NCBI GenBank assembly: GCA_002269645.1
Contig: NIVC01003929.1
Location: 5,303-69,302, forward strand
Length of the DNA: 64,000 nucleotides
Direction of reading: 5' to 3'
Origin: Macrostomum lignano
Taxonomy: Eukaryota
The number at the start of each line of letters is the position of its first letter. Position 1 is the stretch's first letter. A program made the position numbers and the translations under genes. Below the pieces are notes generated by a model. It was not told the origin of the DNA, did no database searches, and saw nothing but the letters and a program-made list of their open reading frames with translations. Below, piece by piece: positions 15,485-28,080 of this stretch.

Positions 15485-16010
15485 TGAGATTAGGAGTGAC
15501 ACCGAGAGAGTCACAGAGTGAGATTAAGGGTGAGACTGAGAGAGACACAGAGTGAGATTAAGTGTGAGATTGAGAGAGACACAGTGAGATTAAGTATGAG
15601 ACTGGGAGAGACGCAGAGTGAGATTAAGTGCGAGACTGGGAGAGACGCAGAGTGAGATTTAGGGTGAGACGGAGAGAGTCACAGAGTGAGATTAAGGGTG
15701 AGACGGAGAGAATCAAAGAGTGAGCTTAAGGGTGAGACGGAGAGAGACACAGAGTGAGATTCAGAGTGAGATTGAGAAAATCATAGAGTGAGATTAAGGG
15801 TTGAGATTACGAGAGTCAGAGTGAGATTAAGTGTAAGACGGAGAGAGTCACAGAGTGAGATTAAGGGTGAGACGGAGAGAGTCACAGAGTGAGATTTAGG
15901 GTGAGACGGAGAGAGTCACAGAGTGAGATTAAGCGTGAGACGGAGAGAGTCACAGAGTGAGATTTAGGGTGAGACGGAGAGAGTCACAGAGTGAGATTAA
16001 GCGTGAGACA
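15485..16010. repeat. ~32-34-bp degenerate minisatellite (GAGAGAGTCACAGAGTGAGATTAAGGGTGAGACG)
   Basis: ~15 diverged tandem units. Confidence 0.9.
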
Positions 16011-17045
16011 GATACAATCAGAGTGCCAGACTGAGAATCATGCGGACAGAATAGCAGCTGAGGTGAAAGTGTGAGCACAAGTTAGATCGCAGAGCCCAGC
16101 TCAAGATGAGATTCTGTCCGGCTGAATCGGTTTGCGTGACATCCCCAGAGTTTCCGTCTCCCCTCCCCACCTCCCAGCTTGATGAGGCAAATTTCGCGCT
16201 CTACTAATTGGAGGCTGGAATTCGCGTGAAGCGGCGAGATGTCGGTGAAGTCGATCGGAAATGTGAAATTGAAAACTGCGCCCAGAGCCGCCAGGCGCCA
16301 ACGGGTGCTAATGACTTTTCCACAATGCCAGCCCGCCAGCCTACCTGCACGCCCGTCTCTTCCGCCGCCCCGATTTTTCAACGATTTTCTTCTTTCAGCT
16401 GGACAATTTCTTTATCGGCTTTGAACAGCCGGCATCTGCTTCTGCCTGCTTCACACTCGCCGCTCTCTTTTAGGAGAGATGGAGAGAGAAAGAGAAACAA
16501 CGCTTCTTCTTTTTCTTCTTGAACGTCCGGCCTGAATAGTCAGTGCAACCAATTTAACCCTGTGTCTCCCAATGCCACCAGACTTCTACTGGCAGCCACT
16601 TTCTCCCATTATCACCCACTCTGTCTCTCTCTCTCACTATAAGTTGTTATACACCTCCACCACCCAGTCTCTCCCATTATCACCCACAAATCACCTCTCC
16701 CCCTGTCTCTCCTCCGCCCCTTCACAAACAACAAACTGTCATGAGCAAGAATCTATAACACAACGGCGAATTTTTTTAAACAGACATTCGTCTTCCATTT
16801 GCAGTAAGACCATTGTGACTCTCTCAGCTAGCTGTCCACACAAATAACTAACAAATTACTATTGGCCCCAAGTTGCGCATTGTTAGTTGGTTTGCCTTCG
16901 TCACAAACCAACGAGTCAGTAAGGCTGACTCTCGCAACCATTTCTGATTATTTGTACAGGAAAGCAGCCGGCAACCAAATGATAGCCCTTGTGACAGCTG
17001 CTTCAAGGGTGCTCGCAGTGTTTCTTGGAATCCGTATCCCAGGTA

Positions 17046-17439
17046 CACTCAGCAACAGTCAAAACCACCACCCTACCGAGAGAGGCGACTTCTCTCTCAC
17101 CTCAACTGCAAGTGACGTAACTTGCGCCACGGCGTGGCTAAAGCTGGGTGAGAGTGAATTCCAGGGTGAGAGTACAAAAGGGTTGGGGTTGGGGGTGCAA
17201 CAGTACACGTGACAATGGTCAGGCATATGACAGACGCTGAACGATGGCGCGCTGTTGGCATGCTAGAAGCTGGTGCATCCATCAGCGCAGTTGCTCGCCA
17301 ATTTGGCCGATCAGGTTCAACAATTCGAGCGCTGTTAACGAAGTCCCAAGAGACTGGTAGTGTTCAGCACGCAGCCATAGACAGCCAGCGCCATGATCTC
17401 CGCGGCTCAACAGCCAGGGCAAATCGACGTCTGCTTTGA
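17046..17439 (+). mobile_element. Tc1/mariner-type transposon 5' remnant (paired-like HTH of the transposase only)
   Basis: ATG 17215 gives MVRHMTDAERWRAVGMLEAGASISAVARQFGRSGSTIRALLTKSQETGSV, matching the N-terminal HTH of Tc1-like transposases. Possible left end TA|CACTC at 17044-17050. No DDE domain or right TIR seen. Confidence 0.7.
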
Positions 17440-17509
17440 ATTTTCAAATTGCCTGATTTATGCAAAGTATAGTTTTAAAAACATTTTATTAAAGTCTAAT
17501 TAGGGATGC

Positions 17510-20500
17510 CAGAGAGAGATCAGTGAGAGAGAGAGATCAGAGAGATCAGAGAGAGATCAGAGAGGTCAGGGAGAGATCAGAGAGAGATCAGAGAGATCAG
17601 AGAGAGATCAGAGAGAGATCAGAGAGATCAGAGAGATCAGAGAGATCAGAGAGATCAGAGAGATCAGAGAGATCAGAGAGATCAGAGAGATCAGAGAGAG
17701 ATCAGAGAGAGATCAGAGAGAGAGATCAGAGAGATCAGAGAGAGAGATCAGAGAGAGAGATCAGAGAGAGAGATCAGAGAGAGAGATCAGAGAGAGAGAT
17801 CAGAGAGAGAGATCAGAGAGAGAGATCAGAGAGAGAGATCAGAGAGATCAGAGAGATCAGAGAGATCAGAGAGATCAGAGAGAGATCAGAGAGGTCAGGG
17901 AGAGATCAGAGAGAGATCAGAGAGATCAGAGAGAGATCAGAGAGAGATCAGAGAGATCAGAGAGATCAGAGAGATCAGAGAGATCAGAGAGATCAGAGAG
18001 ATCAGAGAGAGATCAGAGAGAGATCAGAGAGAGAGATCAGAGAGATCAGAGAGATCAGAGAGAGAGATCAGAGAGAGATCAGAGAGGTCAGGGAGAGATC
18101 AGAGAGAGATCAGAGAGATCAGAGAGAGATCAGAGAGAGATCAGAGAGATCAGAGAGATCAGAGAGATCAGAGAGATCAGAGAGATCAGAGAGATCAGAG
18201 AGAGATCAGAGAGAGATCAGAGAGATCAGAGAGAGATCAGAGAGAGATCAGAGAGAGAGATCAGAGAGATCAGAGAGAGAGATCAGAGAGAGAGATCAGA
18301 GAGAGAGATCAGAGAGAGAGATCAGAGAGAGAGATCAGAGAGAGAGATCAGAGAGAGAGATCAGAGAGATCAGAGAGATCAGAGAGATCAGAGAGATCAG
18401 AGAGAGATCAGAGAGGTCAGGGAGAGATCAGAGAGAGATCAGAGAGATCAGAGAGATCAGAGAGATCAGAGAGATCAGAGAGATCAGAGAGATCAGAGAG
18501 ATCAGAGAGAGAGATCAGAGAGATCAGAGAGATCAGAGAGATCAGAGAGATCAGAGAGATCAGAGAGAGAGATCAGAGAGATCAGAGAGATCAGAGAGAG
18601 AGATCAGAGAGATCAGAGAGATCAGAGAGATCAGAGAGAGAGATCAGAGAGATCAGAGAGATCAGAGAGAGAGATCAGAGAGAGAGATCAGAGAAAGAGA
18701 TCAGAGAGATCAGAGAGAGAGATCAGAGAGAGAGATCAGAGAGAGAGATCAGAGAGAGAGATCAGAGAGAGAGATCAGAGAGATCAGAGAGATCAGAGAG
18801 ATCAGAGAGATCAGAGAGAGATCAGAGAGGTCAGGGAGAGATCAGAGAGAGATCAGAGAGATCAGAGAGAGATCAGAGAGAGATCAGAGAGATCAGAGAG
18901 ATCAGAGAGATCAGAGAGATCAGAGAGATCAGAGAGATCAGAGAGATCAGAGAGAGATCAGAGAGAGATCAGAGAGATCAGAGAGATCAGAGAGAGATCA
19001 GAGAGAGATCAGAGAGAGAGATCAGAGAGATCAGAGAGATCAGAGAGAGAGATCAGAGAGATCAGAGAGATCAGAGAGAGATCAGAGAGATCAGAGAGAT
19101 TAGAGAGAGAGATCAGAGAGATTAGAGAGAGAGATCAGAGGGAGATCAGAGAGATCAGGGAGATCAGAGAGAGAGATCAGAGAGATCAGAGAGATCAGAG
19201 AGAGATCAGAGAGATCAGAGAGAGAGATCAGAGAGAGAGATCAGAGAGAGATCAGAGAGATCAGGGAGATCAGAGAGAGAGATCAGAGAGATTAGAGAGA
19301 GAGATCAGAGAGATTAGAGAGAGAGATCAGAGAGAGAGATCAGAGAGAGAGATCAGAGATAGAGATCAGAGAGAGAGATCAGAGAGAGAGATCAGAGAGA
19401 GAGATCAGAGAGATCAGAGAGAGAGATCAGAGAGAGAGATCAGAGAGAGAGATCAGAGAGAGAGATCAGAGAGAGAGATCAGAGAGAGAGATCAGAGAGA
19501 GAGATCAGAGAGAGAGATCAGAGAGATCAGAGAGATCAGAGAGATCAGAGAGATCAGAGAGAGATCAGAGAGGTCAGGGAGAGATCAGAGAGAGATCAGA
19601 GAGATCAGAGAGAGATCAGAGAGAGATCAGAGAGATCAGAGAGATCAGAGAGAGAGAGATCAGAGAGAGAGATCAGAGAGAGAGATCAGAGAGAGAGATC
19701 AGAGAGAGAGATCAGAGAGATCAGAGAGATCAGAGAAATCAGAGAGATCAGAGAGAGATCAGAGAGGTCAGGGAGATATCAGAGAGAGATCAGAGAGATC
19801 AGAGAGAGATCAGAGAGAGATCAGAGAGATCAGAGAGATCAGAGAGATCAGAGAGATCAGAGAGATCAGAGAGATCAGAGAGATCAGAGAGAGATCAGAG
19901 AGAGATCAGAGAGATCAGAGAGATCAGAGAGAGATCAGAGAGAGATCAGACAGAGAGATCAGAGAGATCAGAGAGATCAGAGAGATCAGAGAGAGAGATC
20001 AGAGAGATCAGAGAGATCAGAGAGAGATCAGAGAGATCAGAGAGATTGGAGAGAGAGATCAGAGAGATTAGAGAGAGAGATCAGAGTGAGATCAGAGAGA
20101 TCAGGGAGATCAGAGAGAGAGATCAGAGAGATCAGAGAGATCAGAGAGAGATCAGAGAGATCAGAGAGAGAGATCAGAGAGAGAGATCAGAGAGATCAGA
20201 GAGATCAGGGAGATCAGAGAGAGAGATCAGAGAGATTAGAGAGAGAGATCAGAGAGATTAGAGAGAGAGAGATCAGAGGGAGATCAGAGAGATCAGGGAG
20301 ATCAGAGAGAGAGATCAGAGAGATCAGAGAGATCAGAGAGAGATCAGAGAGATCAGAGAGAGAGATCAGAGAGAGATCAGAGAGATCAGGGAGATCAGAG
20401 AGAGAGATCAGAGAGATATCAGAGAGATCAGAGAGATCAGAGAGAGAGATCAGAGAGATCAGAGAGATCAGAGAGATCAGAGAGATCAGAGAGATCAGAG

Positions 20501-22140
20501 AGATCAGAGAGAGATCAGAGAGGTCAGGGAGAGATCAGAGAGAGATCAGAGAGGTCAGAGAGAGATCAGAGAGAGATCAGAGAGATCAGAGAGAGATCAG
20601 AGAGAGATCAGAGAGATCAGAGAGATCAGAGAGATCAGAGAGATCAGAGAGATCAGAGAGATCAGAGAGAGATCAGAGAGAGATCAGAGAGAGAGATCAG
20701 AGAGATCAGAGAGATCAGAGAGAGAGATCAGAGAGAGATCAGAGAGAGAGATCAGAGAGAGATCAGAGAGATCAGAGAGAGATCAGAGAGAGATCAGAGA
20801 GATCAGAGAGATCAGAGAGATCAGAGAGATCAGAGAGATCAGAGAGATCAGAGAGATCAGAGAGATCAGAGAGAGATCAGAGAGATCAGAGAGAGAGATC
20901 AGAGAGAGAGATCAGAGAGAGAGATCAGAGAGAGAGAGATCAGAGAGAGAGATCAGAGAGAGAGATCAGAGAGAGAGATCAGAGAGAGAGATCAGAGAGA
21001 TCAGAGAGATCAGAGAGATCAGAGAGATCAGAGAGAGATCAGAGAGGTCAGGGAGAGATCAGAGAGAGATCAGAGAGATCAGAGAGATTAGAGAGATCAG
21101 AGAGATCAGAGAGATCAGAGAGATCAGAGAGATCAGAGAGATCAGAGAGATCAGAGAGATCAGAGAGAGATCAGAGAGAGATCAGAGAGATCAGAGAGAT
21201 CAGAGAGAGAGATCAGAGAGAGAGATCAGAGAAAGAGATCAGAGAGATCAGAGAGAGAGATCAGAGAGAGAGATCAGAGAGAGAGATCAGAGAGATCAGA
21301 GAGATCAGAGAGATCAGAGAGATCAGAGAGAGATCAGAGAGGTCAGGGAGAGATCAGAGAGAGATCAGAGAGATCAGAGAGAGATCAGAGAGAGATCAGA
21401 GAGATCAGAGAGATCAGAGAGATCAGAGAGATCAGAGAGATCAGAGAGATCAGAGAGATCAGAGAGAGATCAGAGAGAGATCAGAGAGATCAGAGAGATC
21501 AGAGAGAGATCAGAGAGAGATCAGAGAGAGAGATCAGAGAGATCAGAGAGATCAGAGAGAGAGATCAGAGAGATCAGAGAGATCAGAGAGAGATCAGAGA
21601 GATCAGAGAGATTAGAGAGAGAGATCAGAGAGATTAGAGAGAGAGATCAGAGGGAGATCAGAGAGATCAGGGAGATCAGAGAGAGAGATCAGAGAGATCA
21701 GAGAGATCAGAGAGAGATCAGAGAGATCAGAGAGAGAGATCAGAGAGAGAGATCAGAGAGAGATCAGAGAGATCAGGGAGATCAGAGAGAGAGATCAGAG
21801 AGATTAGAGAGAGAGATCAGAGAGATTAGAGAGAGAGATCAGAGAGAGAGATCAGAGAGAGAGATCAGAGAGAGAGATCAGAGAGATCAGAGAGATTAGA
21901 GAGAGAGATCAGAGAGAGAGATCAGAGAGAGAGATCAGAGAGAGAGAGATCAGAGAGAGAGATCAGAGAGAGAGATCAGAGAGAGAGATCAGAGAGAGAG
22001 ATCAGAGAGATCAGAGAGATCAGAGAGATCAGAGAGATCAGAGAGAGATCAGAGAGGTCAGGGAGAGATCAGAGAGAGATCAGAGAGATCAGAGAGAGAT
22101 CAGAGAGAGATCAGAGAAATAGTAGAGATCAGAGGGAGAA
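17510..22140. repeat. 4.6-kb purine-rich satellite (GA)nTCA with 9/11/13/15-bp units
   Basis: Directly visible; the ERSE/RDQ ORFs are repeat translations. Confidence 0.98.
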
Positions 22141-22914
22141 ATCAATTAGTATCTTTTGACGGAGAGGGTTCTAAAAAAACTTCGGGTTTTCGGGGCCACG
22201 TCAGGTCAGTGAGCTGAGTGCACCCCAGTCAATACTTATGCCCTGACAGCATCTTAAGCCCCACAAAGCAGATTTCTGCTATTTGTAGCTTGATGCACTG
22301 ATCAAATCCTACTTTTCCCCTCTTTGGGACACTTTTCCTAGGGATATTCGAGACGCCCAAACTGAAGACTGGCTGATACAGCTGCAGCTTCCTGCTAGAA
22401 TCGATCGCCACCCCCCTTGTCTGTCGAGCCGCATCCGCGTCAGGGTCGATCAGGGGCTTCATAAAAACGAACCAAGGAGAGCATTAGTATTGGGAGCAGA
22501 TTACAGCTAGGATTTTTCACCTATTAGTCTCTGAGCAGACGAACGAATATTTAGTGGCTAAAATAATCGGGACTGAAGATTGAGATTGGGGATAAATAAT
22601 ATCTGATTTTAGATTTATTACAGCTCATATTGACCAGTTTTTAGCTTTTAGCTAGATGGAATAAGCAAGTTGGAAGATTTCTGACCCCCCCTCTAGCCAG
22701 CCATCAATCCATTTGACTGCAATTTACTAAATTAGACTGCTTTGGAACTCACTTCTATGCCTGCTTCTTCTGGGGGATGGATTCGATTTTAGATTCGAAT
22801 CATAAGTCATAAGCCATTAATCATGATATGACTGATTGTTGGGAAGGATTTTGTAGGCTGGGAAACATCCGTGTGAGAATATATTGCGAATTAAGGAGTC
22901 TTGCAATATAGCAG

Positions 22915-23360
22915 AAATCAGAGAGAGATCAGAGAGATCAGAGAGATCAGAGAGATAGAGAGACTGGAGAGACTGGAGAGATTAGAGAGATTAAAGAGAT
23001 CATAAAGATTAGAGAGATTAGAGAGATTAGAGAGTTGAGAGAGAACAGAGATACCTGGTATCAGAAAGATTAAAGAGATCAGAGAGAGATCAAAGAGAGG
23101 TCAAAAGGAGATCAGAGATATTAGAAGGAGATCAGAGGGAGATCAGAGAGAGATCAGAGAGATCAGAGGGAGATCAGAGGGAGATTAGAGAGAGCAGAGA
23201 GAGATCAGAGGGAGATCAGAGGGAGATCAGAGGGAGATCAGAGGGAGATCAGAGAGATCAGAGGGAGATCAGAGAGATCAGAGAGAGATCAGAGAGATCA
23301 GAGGGATCAAGGGAGATCAGAGAGATCAGAGAAAGATGAGAGGGAGATAAGAGATATCAG
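22915..23360. repeat. Degenerate outlier of the GAGATCA satellite
   Basis: Same GAGAGATCA motif, more diverged. Confidence 0.9.
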
Positions 23361-23513
23361 GACTGAGAGCAGGGCTTCACTGCAACTCCAGATGAAGCAG
23401 CACTTATACTGGATCCCAGGTTCAAATCGGAGCCGCCCAGTTGATCAGTGCAGACAGTTACAGAGCTGGCAGGGCTAAAATAAAAATATATATTCGAGCT
23501 TGAGCTTGAGCTT

Positions 23514-23640
<127 letters not shown>

Positions 23641-24144
23641 GAGGCGTGCCCCAGCTTCTTCCACGCGGCACGCAGTCGTCTTGTTTAAGTCCATAAATTA
23701 AATAGTGCTGAGTTTCAGAATGAGCAACTGACCCCTACTATTGAAGGGAGGGAAGAACAGTATTGGGGGTTCGCTGCAAAATATTCCCCAATCGGTCTGC
23801 GGGAGGAACTGATACTTTCTTTACCAGCTACGATGAAGCCCCCCCCCAACCCGCAGCTGATTAGGGAAGCTGGAGAGAAGAGAGAAATGAGTGAAGAAAA
23901 GAGAGGAAAAAGAGAGAAAGACCCGCTGCCATAAAAGCCGATCGATCGCCTCTGAACTGTGGGCTTTCGATCGATACTTGAGCTGAGGGGGGGCAGAATC
24001 CGAGCTTCATCATCCTCTTCTCTTCTTTCTCTCTCGTGTGCACTCTACCGCCTTTTAAATGTTCCAAAAGTGCTGGAACTGCCTATGGTGATCCATGAAA
24101 AAATAATTTGAGATACTTGTACATTTAAAATTAAGAATTAGGAT

Positions 24145-24978
24145 TAGTGGGGCAGTGGGAGAGTGGGGGCAGTGGGAGAGCGGGGGCAGTGAGAGAGTGG
24201 GGCAGTGGGAGAGTGGGGCAGTGGGAGAGTGGGGGCAGTGGGAGAGTGGGGGCAGTGGGAGAGTGGGGCAGTGGGAGAGTGGGGCAGTGGAGAGTGGGGG
24301 CAGTGGGAGAGTGGGGGCAGTGGGAGAGTGGGGGCAGTGGGAGAGTGGGGGCAGTGGGAGAGTGGGGGCAGTGGGAGAGTGGGGCAGTGGGAGAGTGGGG
24401 CAGTGGGAGAGTGGGGGCGGTGGGAGAGTGGGGGCAGTGGGAGAGTGGGGCAGTGGGAGAGTGGGGCAGTGGGAGAGTGGGGCAGTGGGAGAGTGGGGCA
24501 GTGGGAGAGTGGGGGCAGTGGGAGAGTGGGGCAGTGGGAGAGTGGGGGCAGTGGGAGAGTGGGGGCAGTGGGAGAGTGGGGGCAGTGGGAGAGTGGGGCA
24601 GTGGGAGAGTGGGGGCAGTGGGAGAGTGGGGGCAGTGGGAGAGTGGGGCAGTGGGAGAGTGGGGGCAGTGGGAGAGTGGGGGCAGTGGGAGAGTGGGGGC
24701 AGTGGGAGAGTGGGGCAATGGGAGAGTGGGGGCAGTGGGAGAGTGGGGGCAGAGTGGGGGCAGTGGGAGAGTGGGGCAGTGGGAGAGTGGGGGCAGTGGG
24801 AGAGTGGGGGCAGTGGGAGAGTGGGGGCAGTGGGAGAGTGGGGCAGTGGGAGAGTGGGGCAGTGGGAGAGTGGGGGCAGTGGGAGAGTGGGGGCAGTGGG
24901 AGAGTGGGGGCAGTGGGAGAGTGGGGCAGTGGGAGAGTGGGGGCAGTGGGAGAGTGGGGGCAGTGGGAGAGTGGGGGC
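24145..24978. repeat. 16/17-bp G-rich minisatellite GGGAGAGTGGGG(G)CAGT
   Basis: ~50 tandem units with GGG and GGGG(G) tracts on the + strand. Confidence 0.97.
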
Positions 24979-25354
24979 TCTCGCACGACAAGCCGCAGGC
25001 CAATTTTTGTTTTAAAAATTAATTTGGCCGCAAACAAAGCTTAAGAGAGATTGACCCGCTACCGCTCGTGTGCCTACTATCCTACTGTTAGTAGTTATAT
25101 TCACTATCACAAACTTCTCCATTGATGCTGTCCCACCTCGGCTCATTCAGCCCCGCTATGGCAAAGTGGCAAAGAAGAAATTAAAAAAACTTCTTTTTTT
25201 CCAGGCGTGCGAATCTCCCCAGCGAAGCCGGCCGAACGCGTGAGAAATTTTCTGGCCGCGAGACTCTGAGCAACGCCCGCCGACTCAGGCCGCCGCCCTG
25301 ACAGAGAAAAAAGGCCAGCCGTTGACCCGAAGCAGAGTTGGTGCTCAGAGAGAA

Positions 25355-25941
25355 ATGCCAGTTGAAGCCGCTAAAGAAGACGCGGCAGGCGGCCCGTCTC
25401 TGGACTTGTGGTCGGCCTGCCTGGCGCAGCATGACGGCACCGTGACGGAGCAGCTGAGGCGCAGCGGATTCATCGCTGAAGACGCCGACGGAGCTTCCAA
25501 AGAAGGTGCAGAAGCGCCGCCGTCGAGCTGGTCGGTGGCGACAGCGGACTACGACTGGATCAGCGGCAGGGAGCGCGGCACCCCGGTCAAGTTGACCTTC
25601 GCCGCCGACCAACCCGACGATGCCGACGTTGCGACCGACTGTCGAGACGAATTCTTCAACGCCGTCGAAGATGCCGCTAGCAACGAGGAAAATGGCGGCT
25701 TCTGGTGGCGCTCGCCGCACCATCGGGTCCGGGTTCGATTCCCGGACAAGAGGCTGTGCGAGGCGGCGACAAGCGGCAGCCGGCCGGGCCACCTGCTGCT
25801 GTTCGACCTGTGCCGCATGGCCGCCGCCTGCCTGCACGGGCGGCACCGGAAGGGGCGGCTCCGCCTGCTCTGCCCGGCCGAGCTGCTGCAGCGGGACTGG
25901 GAGCAGCTGGAGGAGCCGCTACCATCATCTCAGTCAGCGAG
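25355..25941 (+). CDS. Putative exon 1 of a protein of unknown fold (candidate N-terminus of the Mab-21 protein)
   Basis: GC-rich, non-repetitive ORF from ATG 25355 (MPVEAAKE...). Candidate phase-2 donor AG|GTTTGA at 25942. No family recognised. Confidence 0.55.
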
Positions 25942-26096
25942 GTTTGACCTTTTGACATTGTCAGATTCAGAATCATAGTCAACTAGCAGCAACATTAACA
26001 GCAACAAAATGCGCTGCCAGGGTCTTTAGAAGGCGGCATTACAAGGCGAACAAAAGCCACCCCGCCGCAAGCCACCCAGTCAGGGGCGCCAGCGGA

Positions 26097-26631
26097 CTGC
26101 CAGCTGGAGTCGCCGACGGCGCAGCAGGTCCGCGAGGATTTGCGGGCTTGCCTGAGCTGCCTTTCGTTCTATGAGAGCAGTCCTGCAGTTCGAGGCCTTA
26201 CCTGACCGCCAGAGGGCGGCGTTGTTCCAGGCGGTGATCGAGACTGTCCTTTTTATCACCGCGCCGGCCTGATTCGTCCAAGCGACCTGTTGCGCCGTCG
26301 GCGACTCCAGCTGGCAGGCCACATCATCCGCGCCGAGTCGTACTGCCCAGAGCCGGTGGCAGGAGGTGCTGCTGCTGACGCTGCAGGCACCCTACCGGCG
26401 GGGGCAGGCGCGCACTCGGCATTTCGTCGACTGCCTGCTGGCTGACGCCGGCGCCCCGGATTCGGCCGGCAGCGTGGCGTTCATTCGCGACCTGGCTTTG
26501 AAGCGCGCCTTGTGACGCTGAACGCGTATACTGTTGTTGTTGTTGTTGTTGTTGTTATTGTTGTTGTTGTTGTTGTTGTTGTTATTGTTGTTGCTGTTGC
26601 TGTTGTTATTGTTGTTGTTGTTGTTGTTGTT

Positions 26632-26667
<36 letters not shown>

Positions 26668-26700
26668 ATTGTTGTTGTTGTTGTTGTTGCTGTTGTTGAG
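26097..26700 (+). mobile_element. 5'-truncated, rearranged RTE-like LINE 3' end with (GTT)n tail
   Basis: Fragments ALFQAVIETVLFY and RPSDLLRRRRLQLAGHIIRAE...RRGQART..FVDCLLADAG resemble the post-RT C-terminus of RTE-clade ORF2 (LLYG.ETW; RRL.FAGH; RGRP.T..D.L..D.G). Stop codon then (GTT)n at 26532-26698. Confidence 0.7.
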
Positions 26701-26755
26701 ACTATTAAAATTTTCCCAAGCTTTAAAATTTCAATATCAATCTTTAAAACTCCAG

Positions 26756-27655
26756 GACTCCAGAGCCGCAGCCGCTGCAGCATCGAAGACAGCGGCGCTA
26801 TCGTCTGGCAACCCTGCACCTGGTGGCCACCTTCGCCTGCCTGACCTTCTACGCCAGGACCAATGCGGCCGACGAGGTGGACACTGCCGCTCAGGATGAG
26901 GAATCGGACTATGCGGATGCTGAGCTCGGAGCCGAGCTAACCGGAAGTGAGCTGGTCGTGTGCGGCTCTACGGACCAGTTCGATCAGCTCAGCCTGAGAA
27001 TCAGCCGCGCGGGTGGCGGCGGCGGCGGGCCGTGGCAGCCGGCGTCCTGCGTGCACTACCGACCAGCCGATCCGGCCGGCAGCGAGCGGGATCTGCAGCG
27101 CGGCATCGAGCAGTGCCGAGGCAGCGGTGCTCTCGTGGCTCTGTTCAGCGAGAGCGAATTGGCCTGGCCTCCGGAAGTAGCGGACGGAACCAGAACCGGA
27201 AAGCAAACCGAAAGCGACAGCAAAAGAAAACGGAGCGAAAGCAGAAGGCGAAGCAGTAAACGAGTCAGCGCAGCCGGAAGCGACCATAGGAAAGTAAACA
27301 GACGAGAAAGTAAAACCGAACACAAGAGTGACAGCAGAAGGGGAACCGGAAGCGGAACCGGAACAGGAGAGGTAGTTGGCTTTGGCCGCCTGTCCGGACA
27401 CGACATCAGCGGAATTCGGATTGTCCGCCGGAGCGAGGCGGCGACCTTAGCGGCTCCCAGAGTCAGCGTTGTTCAGTTCGACTGCCAGCAGCCGAGCCGC
27501 CAACTTCCGGTAGCCCCCAAAGCGGCAGCGGCCTCGCCAGATCCGCTAATCCGGTCGCTGCTTCGCCTGTCGACTGGCAGCGGTCAGGCACTCCGACTGC
27601 GCTGCCTCCTGGTGCCGTGCGAGAACTCGCTGTGGCTGTGCGGCCGGCTGGCTGT
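26756..27655 (+). CDS. Putative exon 2, unknown beta-rich domain(s) with a K/R/S-rich insert
   Basis: The frame of the 26823-27659 ORF is open back to acceptor TCCAG|G at 26755. Strong donor GT|GTGAGC at 27656. Both junctions are phase 2. Confidence 0.55.
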
Positions 27656-27675
27656 GTGAGCTGGATATAATGGAT

Positions 27676-28006
<331 letters not shown>

Positions 28007-28080
28007 TTGAATTGCCCAGCAGCGGGGCGGTGGTGGGCAGAGCAGCTCCAGTGGTGACGCGTCTGGTTCTCGAGTATGTT

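Noticed and set aside
27580-27655. RLRCLL...GRL in putative exon 2 resembles the end of the AhR PAS-A domain; VVGFGRL resembles C2/B9 strands
   Set aside because: Only 6-8 residues match and the rest of the PAS or C2 pattern is not recognisable; needs HHpred or a structure prediction.
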